From positions 464,527 through 528,526 of the forward strand of contig MU057880.1 of NCBI GenBank assembly GCA_013265495.1: a stretch of 64,000 bases of DNA, written 5' to 3'. Positions within the stretch are counted from its first letter, which is position 1, and every line of letters starts with the position of its first letter. Positions 63,099 through 64,000 of this stretch are shown piece after piece. The stretch is from Vicugna vicugna. Its lineage: Eukaryota. Under the pieces are notes generated by a model. The model saw nothing but the letters and a program-made list of their open reading frames with translations. It did not search any database and was not told the DNA's origin. A program made the translations under genes and the position numbers.

Positions 63099-64000
63099 AT
63101 GATTTTTGGCATTCTGATTGTTTCCACAAATGAAATTAATTTCAACAAGAAACAGAAGGCCTTATAGATTAATACAATAATGAAGGTATTATAAAGCATT
63201 CATGTCTTTAAGTTGCCATTTCAAATGAAGAAGAGGGTACTTTAAAGAAAACAAATAAGTGTGAGGTTAATTAGCCATAAAGAAAAAGTGAACTCCATCT
63301 TTACAGCCTCAGTCGCTGGAAACCTGGAAGTGAACTGGACCCATCACCAACTTCCGCCAACCTTGCCCCCCACTCCCACCTCTCCCAGTGACTACAGACT
63401 CCTTTCCAGTCCTTCCTGACAACTCTAAGCACTCCTCTCCATTAATCTTAAAGGTACTGTGCACGTCCCAGTTCCACAAAGCTCAGAAAAACTACATGCC
63501 ATGACACTTCCACTACAAATTTTTCTTGATTACTGAGGAAAATAAAAGAGTTTTCATGTATTAAAAATACTTAAAGGGCAAAAATGTCAGGATGAACTCA
63601 TGCTTTTTTTTCCGAGGAGAATAGAGACCATCAAAAGATTACAATTCTACACATTTTTTATACCGTGTTTCACTGTCTTCTTCTACTACGAGAGGCGTGA
63701 CACTGCGCACAGTGAGATGCTGATCTGTGGAAATAACCTATAAGATGCCCTCATCGTAACCTGCACTCCTAAGATATCTAAAACAGAGCAGCCAGAAAAT
63801 CAAATGTTTGTCACAAGAGATCACACGTATCTACTGATACCCCTGAAAATTAGCCTTTATGGATAAACTACAGAATTCTGGCGTTTTCTACTGACCTCAA
63901 TTAGAAATGAGATTATGGATTAATCATATTTACACAAGCCCACACACACACATGAAATATATGCATCTATACAGGTGGGGGGTGGTATATTTCATGTTAT

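Noticed and set aside
35391..64000. The canonical first coding exon (MKPLAIPANH... as recalled) or a nested gene
   Set aside because: Not found by eye or in the ORF track, so it is probably beyond 64000. The short ORFs here are repeat-derived or random.
1..64000. Prokaryotic-type systems (CRISPR array, operon, defence island) or a viral/foreign insert
   Set aside because: No regularly spaced repeats, long ORFs or compositional break were seen. Everything fits a mammalian intron-exon locus.

Overview
This is mammalian genomic DNA, most likely from a camelid, judged from six copies of a tRNA-Ala-derived SINE resembling Vic-1. The window lies entirely within RAPGEF2 (PDZ-GEF1, a Rap1/Rap2 guanine nucleotide exchange factor) on the minus strand. 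I traced 17 consecutive coding exons from 35390 down to 57. All have GT-AG boundaries and consistent phases, and together they give 2959 nt (986 codons + 1 nt) covering the cNMP-like, REM, PDZ, RA and RasGEF/CDC25 domains. The start-codon exon and the C-terminal exons lie outside the window; 35391-64000 is a large intron. The introns contain Vic-1-like SINEs, 5'-truncated L1 fragments (some with target-site duplications, TSDs), an ERV1 MER41-like solo LTR with a 4-bp TSD, a MaLR LTR, MIR/L2/DNA-transposon relics and microsatellites. The most interesting leads are: (1) a candidate alternative first exon ending ATG|GTATGT near 57000, in frame with the first coding exon seen; (2) a 24-nt in-frame microexon flanked by splicing-regulator motifs; (3) patchy GC3/CpG enrichment suggestive of GC-biased gene conversion; (4) inverted SINE pairs flanking exon blocks. 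I found no support for a wholly new gene system. Comparisons to human RAPGEF2 and repeat-family names are from memory, not database searches.
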